From Mobula hypostoma (lineage: Eukaryota), in the NCBI RefSeq assembly GCF_963921235.1, contig NC_086097.1, positions 125,118,001 to 125,182,000 of the forward strand: a stretch of DNA of 64,000 nt, read 5' to 3'. The notes beneath the pieces are model-generated. The model was not told the DNA's origin. It was given only the letters and a program-made list of their open reading frames with translations, and ran no database searches. Of the stretch, positions 26,301-37,120 are shown piece by piece (within the stretch, counting starts at the first letter, position 1; every line of letters begins with the position of its first letter). Both the position numbers and the translations under genes were made by a program.

Positions 26301-27402
26301 GTTTACGATTTACATCAATGCTTTAGAGGAAGGCATTGTGAATAACATCAGCAAGTTTGCTGATGATACTAAGCTGGGTGGCAGTGTGACATGATGAGAA
26401 TGTTAGGAGAATTCAAGGTGACTTGGATAGGCTAGGTGAGTGGGCAGAAACTTGGCAGATGGCACTTAATGTGAATAAGTGTGAGGTTATTCACTTTGGG
26501 AGCAAGAACAGGAAGGCAGATTATTATCTGAACGGTGTGGAGTTAGGTAAGGGAGAAATACAAAGAGATCTAGGAGTACTTGTTCATCAGTCTCTGAAGG
26601 TGAATGAGCAAGTGCAGCAGGCCGTGAAGAAGGCTAATGGAATGTTGGCCTTTATTACGAAGGGAATTGAGTACAAGAGCAAGGAAATCCTTTTGCATTT
26701 GTACAGAGCCCTGGTGAGACCACACCTGGAGTATTGTGTGCAGTTTTGGTCTCCAGGGTTAAGGAAGGACATCCTGGCTGTGGAGGAGGTGCAGCGTAGG
26801 TTCACTAGGTTAATTCCTGGGATGTCCGGACTGTCTTACGCAGAGAGGTTAGAGAGACTGGGCTTGTACACGCCGGAATTAAGGAGATTGAGGGGGGATC
26901 TGATTGAGACATATAAGATTATTAAGGGATTGGACAAGATAGAGGCAGGAAATATGTTCCAGATGCTGGGAGAGTCCAGTACCAGAGGGCATGGTTTAAG
27001 AATAAGGGGTAGATCATTTAGGACAGAGTTGAGGAGGAACTTCTTCTCCCAGAGAGTTGTGGAGGTGTGGAACGCGCTGCCTCAGAAGGCAGTGGAGGCC
27101 AATTCTCTGGATGCTTTCAAGAAGGAGCTAGATAGGTATCTTATGGATAGGGGAATCAAGGCAGGAACCGGGTATTGATAGTAGATGATCAGCCATGATC
27201 TCAGAATGGCGGTGCAGGCTCAAAGGGCCGAATGGTCTACTTCTGCACCTATTGTCTATTGTCTATTTCCTGGCATAATTTACATATTATTATTTAATTA
27301 TTTATGGTTTTTATATTGCTATATCTATACTCTATTCTTGGTTGGTGCAACTGTAACGAAACCCAGTTTCCCTCGGGATCAATAAAGTATGACTATGACT
27401 AT
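23321..27402 (+). mobile_element. 5'-truncated Rex1/Babar-like LINE (pieces 23321-23876 and 27264-27402)
   Basis: ORF 23344..23862 (YKYLGIRIDNKLDWSKNT...SFLPVAIKLYNSS); 3' end aataaagtat followed by (gactat)2; closely similar to the copy at 62106-62983. Confidence 0.85.
23877..27263 (+). mobile_element. Relatively young CR1 LINE: ORF1 C-terminus plus near-complete but disrupted ORF2
   Basis: ORF1 esterase tail (WCGREGFRFLDNW...GLHLNWRGTNILA). Endonuclease (YLNAQS, GITETWL, MGDFN, GSDH). RT ([28 protein letters not shown]). Stop at 25046-25048 and frame breaks near 25450 and 26390. Tail is (ctattgt)n. Confidence 0.95.
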
Positions 27403-28517
27403 CCATACCTGGAAATTTCCCCATTTTCATAGCATCAATAGCCCGTCTGACCTCATCCTCAGTAATTGGGGCATCCGAGGACTCAGCTTGTTGTGGGGAT
27501 AATGTAGGCAATTTTATGTTAGCAAAAAACTGATTCAGCTCCTCCCGGTCATGGTTGAACGGTGATGCATATAAACGTTCATAGAACTGTTCAAAGACTT
27601 TGTTTATTTCTTTAGATGATGACACTAATGTATCCCCCTTCTTAATTACAGGTGTAACACTATTCGTATTCTGCTTTAAATATCGTGCCAGCAGCTTACC
27701 AGCTTTGTCACCACCTTTGTAGAAACTTTTTAAAAATCTAAATAATGCATATTCTGCTTTTTTGTTATAATATTACTTAGCTGGAATTTCAAATTGCACA
27801 GATCTTTGTATAAGTCATCGGTATATTATCTTGATAAGACCTTTTCCAATGTGGTTATTTCTGCTCCCAGATTTTTTATTTGCTCCATACTTTCTTTCTT
27901 CCTTTTAGATGTTTGTGCTATTAATTTTCCTCTTATATACGCCTTGGATGCCTCCCATACTGAGGACAGCTTTACTGTGGTCCCTACGTTCAATTCAAAA
28001 AATGAAGTCAGATCCTCAGCCAGCTTATCACTAAAATCCTCATCTTTTAACAGCATAGTATTCATTCGCTATCTACCCCTCCTTCCCCTTTCAGTATTTA
28101 AATCAATTTGAATTTCAACTGGTGCCTGGTCTGATAATGTTATTGGGCCAATTTTACGGTCTAGCACCTGTTCTACAATGGAGTTGGGTATTAGAAAAAA
28201 ATCTATTCTAGAGTAGGATTTATGTCGATGAGAGAAAAATGTATATTCTTTTCCGGATGGATTTCCCAATCGCCATATATCCACCAGACCGATATTCTGC
28301 TTATCAATGCAAATATCTAATCAGCCAATCATGTGGCAGCAACTGAAGGCATAAAAGCATGCAGACATGGTCAAGAGATTCTGTTGTTCAGAATGGGGAA
28401 GAAAAGTGATCTAAATGACTATGATTGTGGAATGATAGTTGGTGCCAGTTGGGGTGGTTTGACTATCTTAGGAACTGCTGATCTCCTGGGGATTTTCATA
28501 TTCAACAGTTTCTAGAG

Positions 28518-28597
28518 CAGGAGCTCCCAACTTGGGGCCCATAGACCTGGCAGTTAATGATAGGGGCCCATGGCATTAAAAAGGTTGGGAAGATCTG
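28518..28597. mobile_element. 80-bp hAT (Charlie-type) MITE with 8-bp TSD
   Basis: Imperfect TIRs caggagctcccaac / gttgggaagatctg; TSD ttctagag (28510-28517) / ctctagag (28598-28605), matching the NTCTAGAN Charlie target. Related partial copy at ~53687-53756. Confidence 0.8.
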
Positions 28598-29603
28598 CTC
28601 TAGAGTTTACAGAGAATGGTGCAAAAAAAAACCCCAAAAAATAAAAAATCCCATCAGCGGCAGTTCTGTGGGCAAAAATGACTTGATGATGACAGAGGTC
28701 AGAGGAGAAAGGCCAGACCGGTTCAAACAGACAAGAAGGTGACAGTAACTTAAATAACCACACATTACAACAGTGGAGTTCAGAAGAGCATCTCTGAACG
28801 TACAACACATCTAACCCTGAGGTGGAGGGTTACAGCAGCAGGAAACCACAAACATACACTCAATAGCCACTTTATTGGGTACCAGAGGTACCCAATAAAG
28901 TGGCCACTGAGTGTGAAATGGCTGCTTGAATTTTTATGGTGATATCAAGGTTCTGGATTCTCTTCATTTTCCAGATAGAAATGCAAGAACTTCCTACAAA
29001 ATCTGATCCCTTCGTCTATCAAAACAATTCTCTTTTACTTCCCCCGGATCAGCAGGTCCACTAACGGCTAATTCCAACTACCCAATAGATCCCAGACTTC
29101 ACTTGTTAACTTCAGGAAACCACAATCTCTGGGACATCCATAACCAATTCCTGCACCCACGTTTTCAAATTTCCATTATATTTGCTTCTTCCAGTAAGCC
29201 TCTGTCTCTGATCTCTTTAATATTTATAAATGTTGCATTCATTTTGTTTTCCCACTATATTCTTTTTTCTTTAGAATGACACTATTATATTACTACAAAT
29301 GAACCAGCAGAATCCATGCCTTAAATTGATAATATAGTTCAAAAATATAAATTCATGCATGAACCATTTAAAATCTTTCCAATAACGTTCCTACCTTGAC
29401 TATAGCTCTGAAGACAGAACATCCTAAATTTGTAACATTGCAGTGTAGAAAACTGAGGCAATATTGCTGTTTCAAACAGAAATTTGATGAAAATATGTTT
29501 TGAGATGGTTCATTCAATAAATTTGAAGGCTGATGTTTGATCTGAACTATCTTTAACTGAGGCTGAGATGAGATATGACAGCTTGGGATCTTTCTATTTC
29601 TAC

Positions 29604-29756
29604 GTCAGAATGGGAATGGGTGGTGGTAGAGGAGGCCATGGACTGCTATGTCGGAATGGAATGGGTAGTGATAGAGGAGGCCATGACTGATATATCAGAA
29701 TGGGAACGGGTGGTGATAGAGGAAACCATGGATTGACATATCAGAATGGGAATGGG
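29604..29756 (-). repeat. ~46-bp tandem array (~3.4 copies) of antisense Penelope sequence
   Basis: Units start at 29604, 29650, 29694 and 29740; they match the antisense SHSHSDMSIHGLLY-coding segment seen at 37612-37653. Confidence 0.85.
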
Positions 29757-30305
29757 TCGTGTTGATCCATGGCCTTCTCTGTTGCCATGATGAAGCCACT
29801 CTCAGCTTGGAGGGGCAACACCTCATATTCCGTCTGGGTAGCCTCCAAACTGATGGCATGAACATCGATTTCTCTAACTTCCCTCCCCCTTTTCTCTTTT
29901 TCTATTCCCCAGTCTGGCTCCCCTCTCACCCCTTCTCTTCTCCTCACCTGCTTATCACCTCCCTCTGGTGCCCCTCTTCCTTCCCTTTCTCCCATGGTCC
30001 ACTCTCCTCTCCTATCAGATTCCTTCTTCTTCTGCCCTTTACTTTTTCCACTCAACTCCTTCCAGCTTCTGACTTCACCCCTCCCCCCCATTCACCGACC
30101 TCCCCCCCTCATCCAGCTTTATCTGTCACCTGCCAGTTTGTTCTCCTTCCCCACCCCCACCCCCAACTTTTATTCTGGCTTCTTCCCCCTTCCTTTCTAG
30201 TCCTGATGAAGGTTCTCGGCCCAAAATGTTGACAGCTTATTCCTCTCCATAGATACTACCTGACCTGCTGAGTTCCTCCGGCATTTTGTGTGTGTAGCTC
30301 CAGAG
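29757..30305 (+). mobile_element. Penelope-like element 3' end (GIY-YIG C-terminus, pyrimidine tract, terminal repeat)
   Basis: IHGLLCCHDEATLSLEGQHLIFRLGSLQTDGMNIDFSNF; decayed hammerhead at 30199-30234. Confidence 0.85.
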
Positions 30306-30334
30306 TCATTCAGAAATAAACATGAAAACAGGCC

Positions 30335-30481
30335 ACACACACAAAAAATGCTGGTGAATGCTGGTGGAAGAGGTACAGTCGACGTTTCAGGCCTAGACTC
30401 TTCGTCAGGACTAACGTTCACCAGCATTTTTTGTGTGTGTTGCTTGAATTTCCATCACCTGCAGATTTCCTCGTGTTTGTG
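30335..30481. mobile_element. 147-bp Penelope-derived mini-element with inverted arms, a hammerhead motif and a 13-bp TSD
   Basis: TSD atgaaaacaggcc at 30322-30334 and 30482-30494; acacacacaaaaaatgctggtgaa is inverted against ttcaccagcattttttgtgtgtgt; hammerhead core on the minus strand at 30377-30412. Confidence 0.85.
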
Positions 30482-32292
30482 ATGAAAACAGGCCCTTTGA
30501 CCCAACATGTACATGCCTCTCTATGCCACTTCCACTTGCCTGCATTTGCTCCTTATCCTAGTGATCCTTCCCTTTCCACGCACCTGGTATAGGTGTCTTT
30601 TAAATGTTTTTGTATTTGCCTCAACTACTTTCTCTGGCAGCTCTTCCACATACCTACTATCCTCTGCATGAAGGAATTTCACCTTAGGCCACTTCTAAAT
30701 CTTTCCCTGCTCACCCTTAAACTTGTGCTCTCTAGTCTTTGATTCCTTTTTCCTGATGAGGAAAAAAAACTATGTGCATTCACCTTATCTATGCCCCCGT
30801 GATTTAATACACATCGATAATATAACTCCTCAGTTTTCAACACTCCAACTGTTGAGCCAAAATCCAGCATCATCTAGTCTGCTCCCTACGCTCTCCCTCC
30901 ACCACCATTACACCGATAGCAGGATGTGTCTTCTACTAAATGCACTATGCACACTCAGTAAAACTACTTTGATAGAGTCTCCCACGCACAAGGACAGGCT
31001 TATGGGAACAACACCATTCTCTTCAGCTCCTTGTCCAAGTCACACACCTAAGTATATCATCTAAATATATCCATTATCTCTACCCAGTTAGTAAAGTTCA
31101 TAATATACTTGTTATCAAACTACATATACGTTACTATATACTATCTTGAGATTTACTTTCTTGCAGGCATTAACAGGTAAATTAAAAAAATTATGGAAAA
31201 CTATATATAAACAAAAATTGACAAACAACCAATGTGCCAAAAGAAGACGAATTGTGCATATAAAAAAGTTACAAGCAAGTGAGTCTGGAGGTTGTGGAAT
31301 CAGTTCAGAGTTGAGGTGAGTGAAGTTTTCCGTGTTGGTTCAGGAGCCTGATGGTTGAAGAGTAACAACTGTATCTGTACCTGCTGGCATGAGATCCAAG
31401 GCCTCTGTCCCTCCTGCCCAGTAGTAGCAGTGAGAAGGGAGCATGGCTCAGATGGTGAGGTTCCTTGATGGATAAATTGAATCACTGGTTTGTATATGTA
31501 ACAGAGTCTCACCAAGTAACTTCACTCATCCCAACACTGAACTGATTAACAACCCCTGGACTCACTTTCAAGGACTCTACATCTCATGTTCTCAGCATTA
31601 ATTATTTAATTATTTATTATTTGTTTCGCTTTCATATTTACATAGTTTATCTTATTTTGCACATCGGTTGCTTGTCAATCTTTGTGTGGAGTTTTTCACT
31701 GATTCTGTTGCACTTGTCTGCTCTACTGTGAATGCCTGTAAGAAAAAGGATCTCATGGTAGTATATGGTGACGTATACGTACTTCAATAATAAATTTACT
31801 TTGGACTTTGAACAGTTGAGCTACATGGGTAGTGGATAGACATGCACTGAATCTACTGCTGTCTGTAGCAATGGATTCATCACCCTCTGGCTTCGAACTT
31901 TGAACTTAATTATCTCCAAAGTTAGCCTCCCCAAAAGGACTGATTCCTGAATGTCATACAATTCCAATGAATTGATGTAACTTTATCCCAAATAGCTTGC
32001 TTCCTTTGTGAGCCGAACATTGCTGCCAGGGTATTTAGTTTAAGAAGTACTCTCAGGTGAAACCTGACCAAACTTCACAAATGTGCACATTTCATGAGGA
32101 TTGTTTTGTTGTGAGAGACTTGGGTAAGTTTGTTCTCTAGCCTAGGCACACCAAACAATCACAATCCTTCCAGCTGACGCTGATTTATGCGCACTCCTTC
32201 CAAACTAATCTGCTGTACTCAGTGTTCACACTGTGGGCTTTCCAGGGTGGAAATTTCCTGAGACTTCTCTCAGACAAACAAATCTCTTCAAC

Positions 32293-32605
32293 GGTACGGC
32301 GGCGTAGTGGTTAGCGTAACACTTTACAGCGCCACCTCTGAAATCGGGGTTCAATTCCCACCACTGTCTGTAAGAGGTTTGTGTATTCTCCCCGTGACCA
32401 CATGGGTTTCCTCCAGGTTTTCCAGTTTCGTCCCACAGTCCAAAAATGTATGGCTATGGTGAGTAAGTCGAGGGCATGTTGTGTTGGAGGCAGAAGCGTG
32501 GTAACACATGCGAGCCACTCAGCATAATCTTCATCAATTTGATTTGACACAAACAACACATTTCACCATGTTTTGGTATATATGCAACAAATAAATATCA
32601 TTGTT
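32293..32605 (+). mobile_element. tRNA-derived V-domain SINE (HE1-like)
   Basis: Box A ggcgtagtggttagc, box B ggttcaattccc, central V-like domain. Other copies at ~16400-16585(-), ~35740-36045(+), ~36325-36585(-), ~42290-42520(+), ~52230-52523(-) and ~55500-55815(-). Confidence 0.75.
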
Positions 32606-33123
32606 ATCTTATAACCTTTATCCTTAATTAGTCTACAGGCATTTACCTGTTAAGCCTTCTAAGAATGTTTTTATTTCTCTGAGATCACCTCATCCTTCAT
32701 GAACTCATGCAATATAAATGCATTAGAGACAAGTTTTCCTCAGAGGACAGCCCTCTTATCTCAGCAATCAATTCTTGTGGGCCAACGTGTGATGTGCTGA
32801 TGTTCTGCTGAAGAAGTCAGTGTTCTGGTGCCTAGTGCTTTCAGTCTTCATTTGATGGTTTACCAGAGTGTCTGAGCCCATTAATTGATTCTATTTTTAT
32901 GTACTGACCAGATTTCTGGAAAACTCCTCATCATACATGGTGTGGGGTGCAGCGGAGGAAGAAGAAGATTGGAATGGAGATGGAAGCACAATGAAGAATT
33001 AACTGGAAGGCCTGAATTTGTGGCTTATATCCTTATATCACAAGAAAAATAATTTAAAAGAACATTAATATAATATAAAATCTTTGTGGAAAAGTTTTCA
33101 ACCAACAACTATTTGATGTGATC

Positions 33124-33147
33124 TGTGTGTGTGTGTGTGTGTGTGTG
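33124..33147. repeat. (TG)n microsatellite
   Basis: Direct reading. Confidence 0.95.
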
Positions 33148-33301
33148 AAGGGGGTTGCTACTTATTCATCTCCATAGATGCTGCTTGACCCGCAGAATGC
33201 CTCCAGCATTTTGTTTGCATTGCTCTGTTTTCCAGTATCTGCAGAATCTCTTGTGTTTGCATTTTATGTTAATGACCTTTCACTATATTTATATCTTGTT
33301 A

Positions 33302-34390
33302 CACACAACAAAGTTGCTGGTGAACGCAGCAGGCCAGGCAGCATCTCTAGGAAGAGGTATAGTCGATGTTCCGGGCCGAGACCCTTCGTCAGGACTAACT
33401 GAAAGAAGAGCTAGTAAGAGATTTGAAAGTGGGAGGGGGAGGGGGAGGTCCGAAATGATAGGAGAAGACTGGAGGGGGAGGGATGGAGCCAAGAGCTGGA
33501 CAGTTGATTGGCAAAAGGGATATGAAAGGATCATGGGACAGGAGGCCCAGGGAGGAAGAAAAGGGGGAGGGGGGAACCCAGAGGATGGGCAAGGGGTATA
33601 GTCAGAGGGACAGAGGGAGAAAAAGGAGAGTGAGAGAAAGAATGTGTGTATATAAATAAATAACGGATGGGGTACGAGGGGGAGGTGGGGCATTAGCGGA
33701 AGTTTAAGAAGTCAATGATCATGCCATCAGGTTGGAGGCTACCCAGACGGAATACAAGGTGTTGTTCCTCCAACCTGAGTGTGGCTTCATCTTTACAGTA
33801 GAGGAGGCCGTGGATAGACATAACAGAATGGGAATGGTTTGTGGAATTAAAATGTGTGGCCACTGGGAGATCCTGCTTTCTCTGGCAGACCGTCCGTCTG
33901 GGTAGCCTCCAACCTGATGGCATGAACATTGACTTTTCAAACTTCCACTCATGTCCCACCTCCCCCTCGTACCCCATCCGTTATTTATTTATATACACAC
34001 ATTCTTTCTCTCTCTCTCCTTTTTCTCCCTCAGTCTCTCTCACTATACCACTTGCCCATCCTCGGGGTTTCCCCACCTCCCCCTTTTCTTCCTCCCTGGG
34101 CCTCCTGTCCCATGATCCTCTCATATCCCTTTGCCAATCAACTGTCCAGCTCTTGGCTCCATCCCTCCCCCTCCTGTCTTCTCCTATCATTTTGGATCTC
34201 CCCCTCCCCTCCTCCTCCCACTTTCAAACCTCTTACTAGCTCTTCCTTCAGTTAGTCCTGACGAAGGGTCTCAGCCCGAAACGTCGACTGTACCTCTTCC
34301 TAGAGATGCTGCCTGGCCTGCTGCGTTCACCAGCAACTTTGATGTGTGTTGCTTGAATTTCCAGCATCTGCAGAATTCCTTGAGTTTGCG
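33302..34390. mobile_element. Inverted (fold-back) Penelope-like insertion with 14-bp TSD
   Basis: Minus arm 33302-~33890 (LPVATHFNS...LRLEEQHLVFRLGSLQPDGM) and plus arm ~33891-34390; TSD tttatatcttgtta at 33288-33301 and 34391-34404. Confidence 0.92.
34253..34290 (+). ncRNA. Minimal type I hammerhead ribozyme motif in a Penelope terminal repeat
   Basis: tagtc-CTGACGA-a-ggg(tctcag)ccc-GAAA-cg-TC-gactg: intact core, stems I and II present, vestigial stem III. Confidence 0.8.
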
Positions 34391-34809
34391 TTTATATCTT
34401 GTTATTTTATTTTATCTCTGTGTTAATTTTAAATGAGATTAAGATGAGCTTTGTTTGTCACATGCACATTGAAACATAGAGTGAAATGTGTCACTTGCAC
34501 CAAACCACATCAGTGACAATTGTGCCCAGCAGCCCATAAGGGTCACCATGCTCTGGCACCATCACAGCATGCCAGCATTAATTCCTGGTTCTATAAGGTA
34601 TTTTAAAGAAATTTTTAAATTGCATTTTAATTTCTTAAATCTCTCTGAATTGTTTTTTTTAATCAACTGTGATTACCATTATTTCACCCTTTGTTCAAAT
34701 TTCCCATTTCTTTCTGCCCATTACTCACACATCAACTCCCCTATCCCCTCCCCTACCTGCCCACCATCCCTTCTTTATACAGTTCTACTAATCAGTTCCA
34801 AATCAGGGT

Positions 34810-35230
34810 CATGACCTGAAACACTGGCCCTGCAGCAGTTTGAGTTTCACTCCGGATTCCAGCATCTGCGGTCAATTGCATCTCCCCTTCTCACCTGGTC
34901 GGCTGCATTCGGATGTGACCTCTTCTCTGGAGAAGTTTGAGTGTAGACTAGATGATCATTCTGGGGGGCACCGGTGCCCTGCCCGTAATGGCTATCTTAA
35001 GTTTCTGGTTGGACGGCATTTTTGCACCTTTCTCCACTCTCCCATTGATCATTACTACAAAGAGGCTGAACGTAAAGTGATGGAACAACATCTTATATTC
35101 CATTTGGAAAGTTTACAATCCAAAGGGATGAACAGGAATTTTCCCTTTTCAGGGAATCCACACACCCAGTGTTCTTCTCCCTCACACACTCACGAATTAA
35201 CCTCATTTTCTTCTTCCTTTCTTCACCTAT
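34810..35230 (+). mobile_element. Old Penelope GIY-YIG remnant
   Basis: ORF 34840..35307 has EAERKVMEQHLIFHLESLQSKGMN. Confidence 0.7.
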
Positions 35231-35239
35231 CCTATTCTC

Positions 35240-35725
35240 TGTGGGCCCCTTATCCAAGAAAAGATGCATTGACATTGGAGAGGGCCAGAGGAGCTTCACA
35301 AGAATAATTCCAGGAGTGAAAGAGTTAATGCATGAGGAGTGTTTGATGGTTCCTGTCCTGTGCTCACTGGAGTTTAGAAGAAAGAGGGGAAACTCATTAA
35401 AAACCTATTAAATATTGATATGTCTAGAATAGAGTATACATGTAGAATATAAGGACATCCCTTTAGAACAAAGATGAGGAGGAATTTCTTTAGCCAGAGG
35501 ATGATGAATCTGTGGTATTTATTACTGCATTCGGCTGTGAGGCCAAGTTACAGGGTGTACTTAAAGCAGAGATTAATAGGTTCTTGATTAGTAATGGTTT
35601 TCATAGGTTATGTAGAGAAGGCTAGAGAATGGAGTTGAGAGGGATAATAAGTCAGCCACGATGGAATACTGGAACAGATTCGATGGGCAGAATGGCCGGC
35701 TTCTGTTCCTATGTCTTATGGTCTT
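35240..35725 (+). mobile_element. CR1 3' fragment
   Basis: WAPYPRKDALTLER and CSLEFRRKRG motifs plus 3' UTR. Confidence 0.75.
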
Positions 35726-37120
35726 TCCCTGTCACTCAGCACAATAGTGTAGAGTTTAGTGTAACACTATACGGTGCCAGCTGTAAGACTGGGGTTCAAT
35801 TGCACCACTGTAAAGAGGTCGTACATCCTCTCCACTACCACGTGGGTTTCCTCTGGGTGCTTCAGTTTCCTCCCACATTCCAAAGGGTTAGTAAGTTGTG
35901 GGCGTGCTACACTGGCGCTGAAAACAGCGTGACACTTGTGGGCTGCCCCAGCACAACTTTGTGTTGGTCGTTGATGCAAATAACACACTTCACTGTGTGT
36001 TTTGATGTTTCGATGCACATGTTACAAATAAAGCTAATTTTTATATCTTACTCCTGGGTTCCATCTGCCCAGCTTCACGTCCCATTTTGAGTTTGTTGTC
36101 ACGTGCACGAATACAATGAGTCATGCTGAAGATACAACGAAAAATCTGCTTGCAGCGGCATCAAAGGGACATGAATTCAGACGTAATCTAAATGTAAAAT
36201 ATACATAAATGAAACAAGACAGTGAAGAAGAAAAACTGGCAAAGCACAGTAAGAGTCAGATTTAATATCATTGGCATATGTTGTGAAATTTGTTGCAAGA
36301 CAGTGATACCGAAAAACATATTTTTATTGAGATACAGCGAGGAATAGGCCCTTCTGGCCCTTTGAACCACGCTGCCCAGCAATCCCCGATTTAACCCCAG
36401 CCTAATCACAGGACAACTTACAATAACCAATTAACCTACCAACCGATACGTGTTTGTATTGTGGGAGGAAACCGGAGCACCCAGAGGAAACCCACGCTGT
36501 CATGGTGAGAACGTACAAACTCCTTACAGGCAGTGCGGGAATTGAACCTGGGTCACCTGTACTGTGTAGCATTGTGCTAACTAGTACTCCATCCATTTCC
36601 TCCTATGAGTTTCCCTCCATTCCATCCTTAGTCACTAGTTCAATCTGCTCATCATCTCCTCCCCATCTGCTTCCACGTATCACCTAACAGTTTCTTCATA
36701 CTGCTGTATTCTGGCTATCATTCTCTTAAACACCCCTCCCCGCTGTCCTGAGGGTGAAACCTAGGTAGCCAGGGCTGTGAGGCAGCAACTTTATTAACTG
36801 CATTGCCAAGCTGCTGCCCCAACCTTATTTACATGTTCTAACATCTAACTGGCTTTGTTAACCACTTTCTGGCCCCAGAGTGGATAGTGTCAGTTATCCG
36901 TCAGCTGCGAGTGTTTGTGTTCAAAAGCAGTGATTTTTGTAACTGATATCTGACGAGAAATAAGCAGTGAAGACAACCCAGAACCATTTTGCTCACTGTG
37001 GTTTCAGGCATTCAAGTTTAATTGTCATTCAGCCACACACAAATACCTATGAATACAGCCAAACAAAACAGTGATCCTCCCAGAGCCAAGGTACAGAAGA
37101 CAGAACCGACATGCAAACAC

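Larger units (their letters stand above)
20835..28296 (-). mobile_element. 5'-truncated L1-clade LINE ORF2 pseudogene (pieces 27401-28296 and 20835-23320)
   Basis: Endonuclease end (DIWR...YTFFSHRHKSYSRIDFFL...SDQAPV), RT (SLDAEKAF, GTHQGCPLSPLLF, LYADNILL) and Cys-rich C-terminus (CWKC...HMIWEC). T-run at 20833-20841 is the poly(A) tail. TSD ctgctt at 20829-20834 and 28297-28302. Confidence 0.92.
20795..28913 (+). mobile_element. Internally deleted Tc1 element (pieces 20795-20834 and 28297-28913) hosting nested insertions
   Basis: Left: TA then TIR cactctgtccactttatgaggtac. Right: gtacccaataaagtggccactgagtg. ORF 28333..28515 has MGKKSDLNDYDCGMIVGA. Rejoined sequence matches the uninterrupted copy at 46360-46893. 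Confidence 0.85.

Noticed and set aside
22636..26805. Antisense ORFs over the L1, Rex and CR1 RT regions
   Set aside because: Shadow frames of LINE coding sequence with no independent evidence.
28975..29064. Possible terminal exon: acceptor tctcttcattttccag followed by IEMQELPTKSDPFVYQNNSLLLPPDQQVH*
   Set aside because: No recognisable homology or partner exons; such signals arise by chance. It needs RNA-seq support.
32293..32365. tRNA gene
   Set aside because: The A/B boxes run into a SINE body found in many copies, and there is no convincing cloverleaf.
33155..34436. Many overlapping Pro/Ser- or Gly/Arg-rich ORFs (also at 29.7-30.2, 37.0-37.5 and 57.0-57.6 kb)
   Set aside because: Artefacts of the purine/pyrimidine-skewed PLE terminal repeats.
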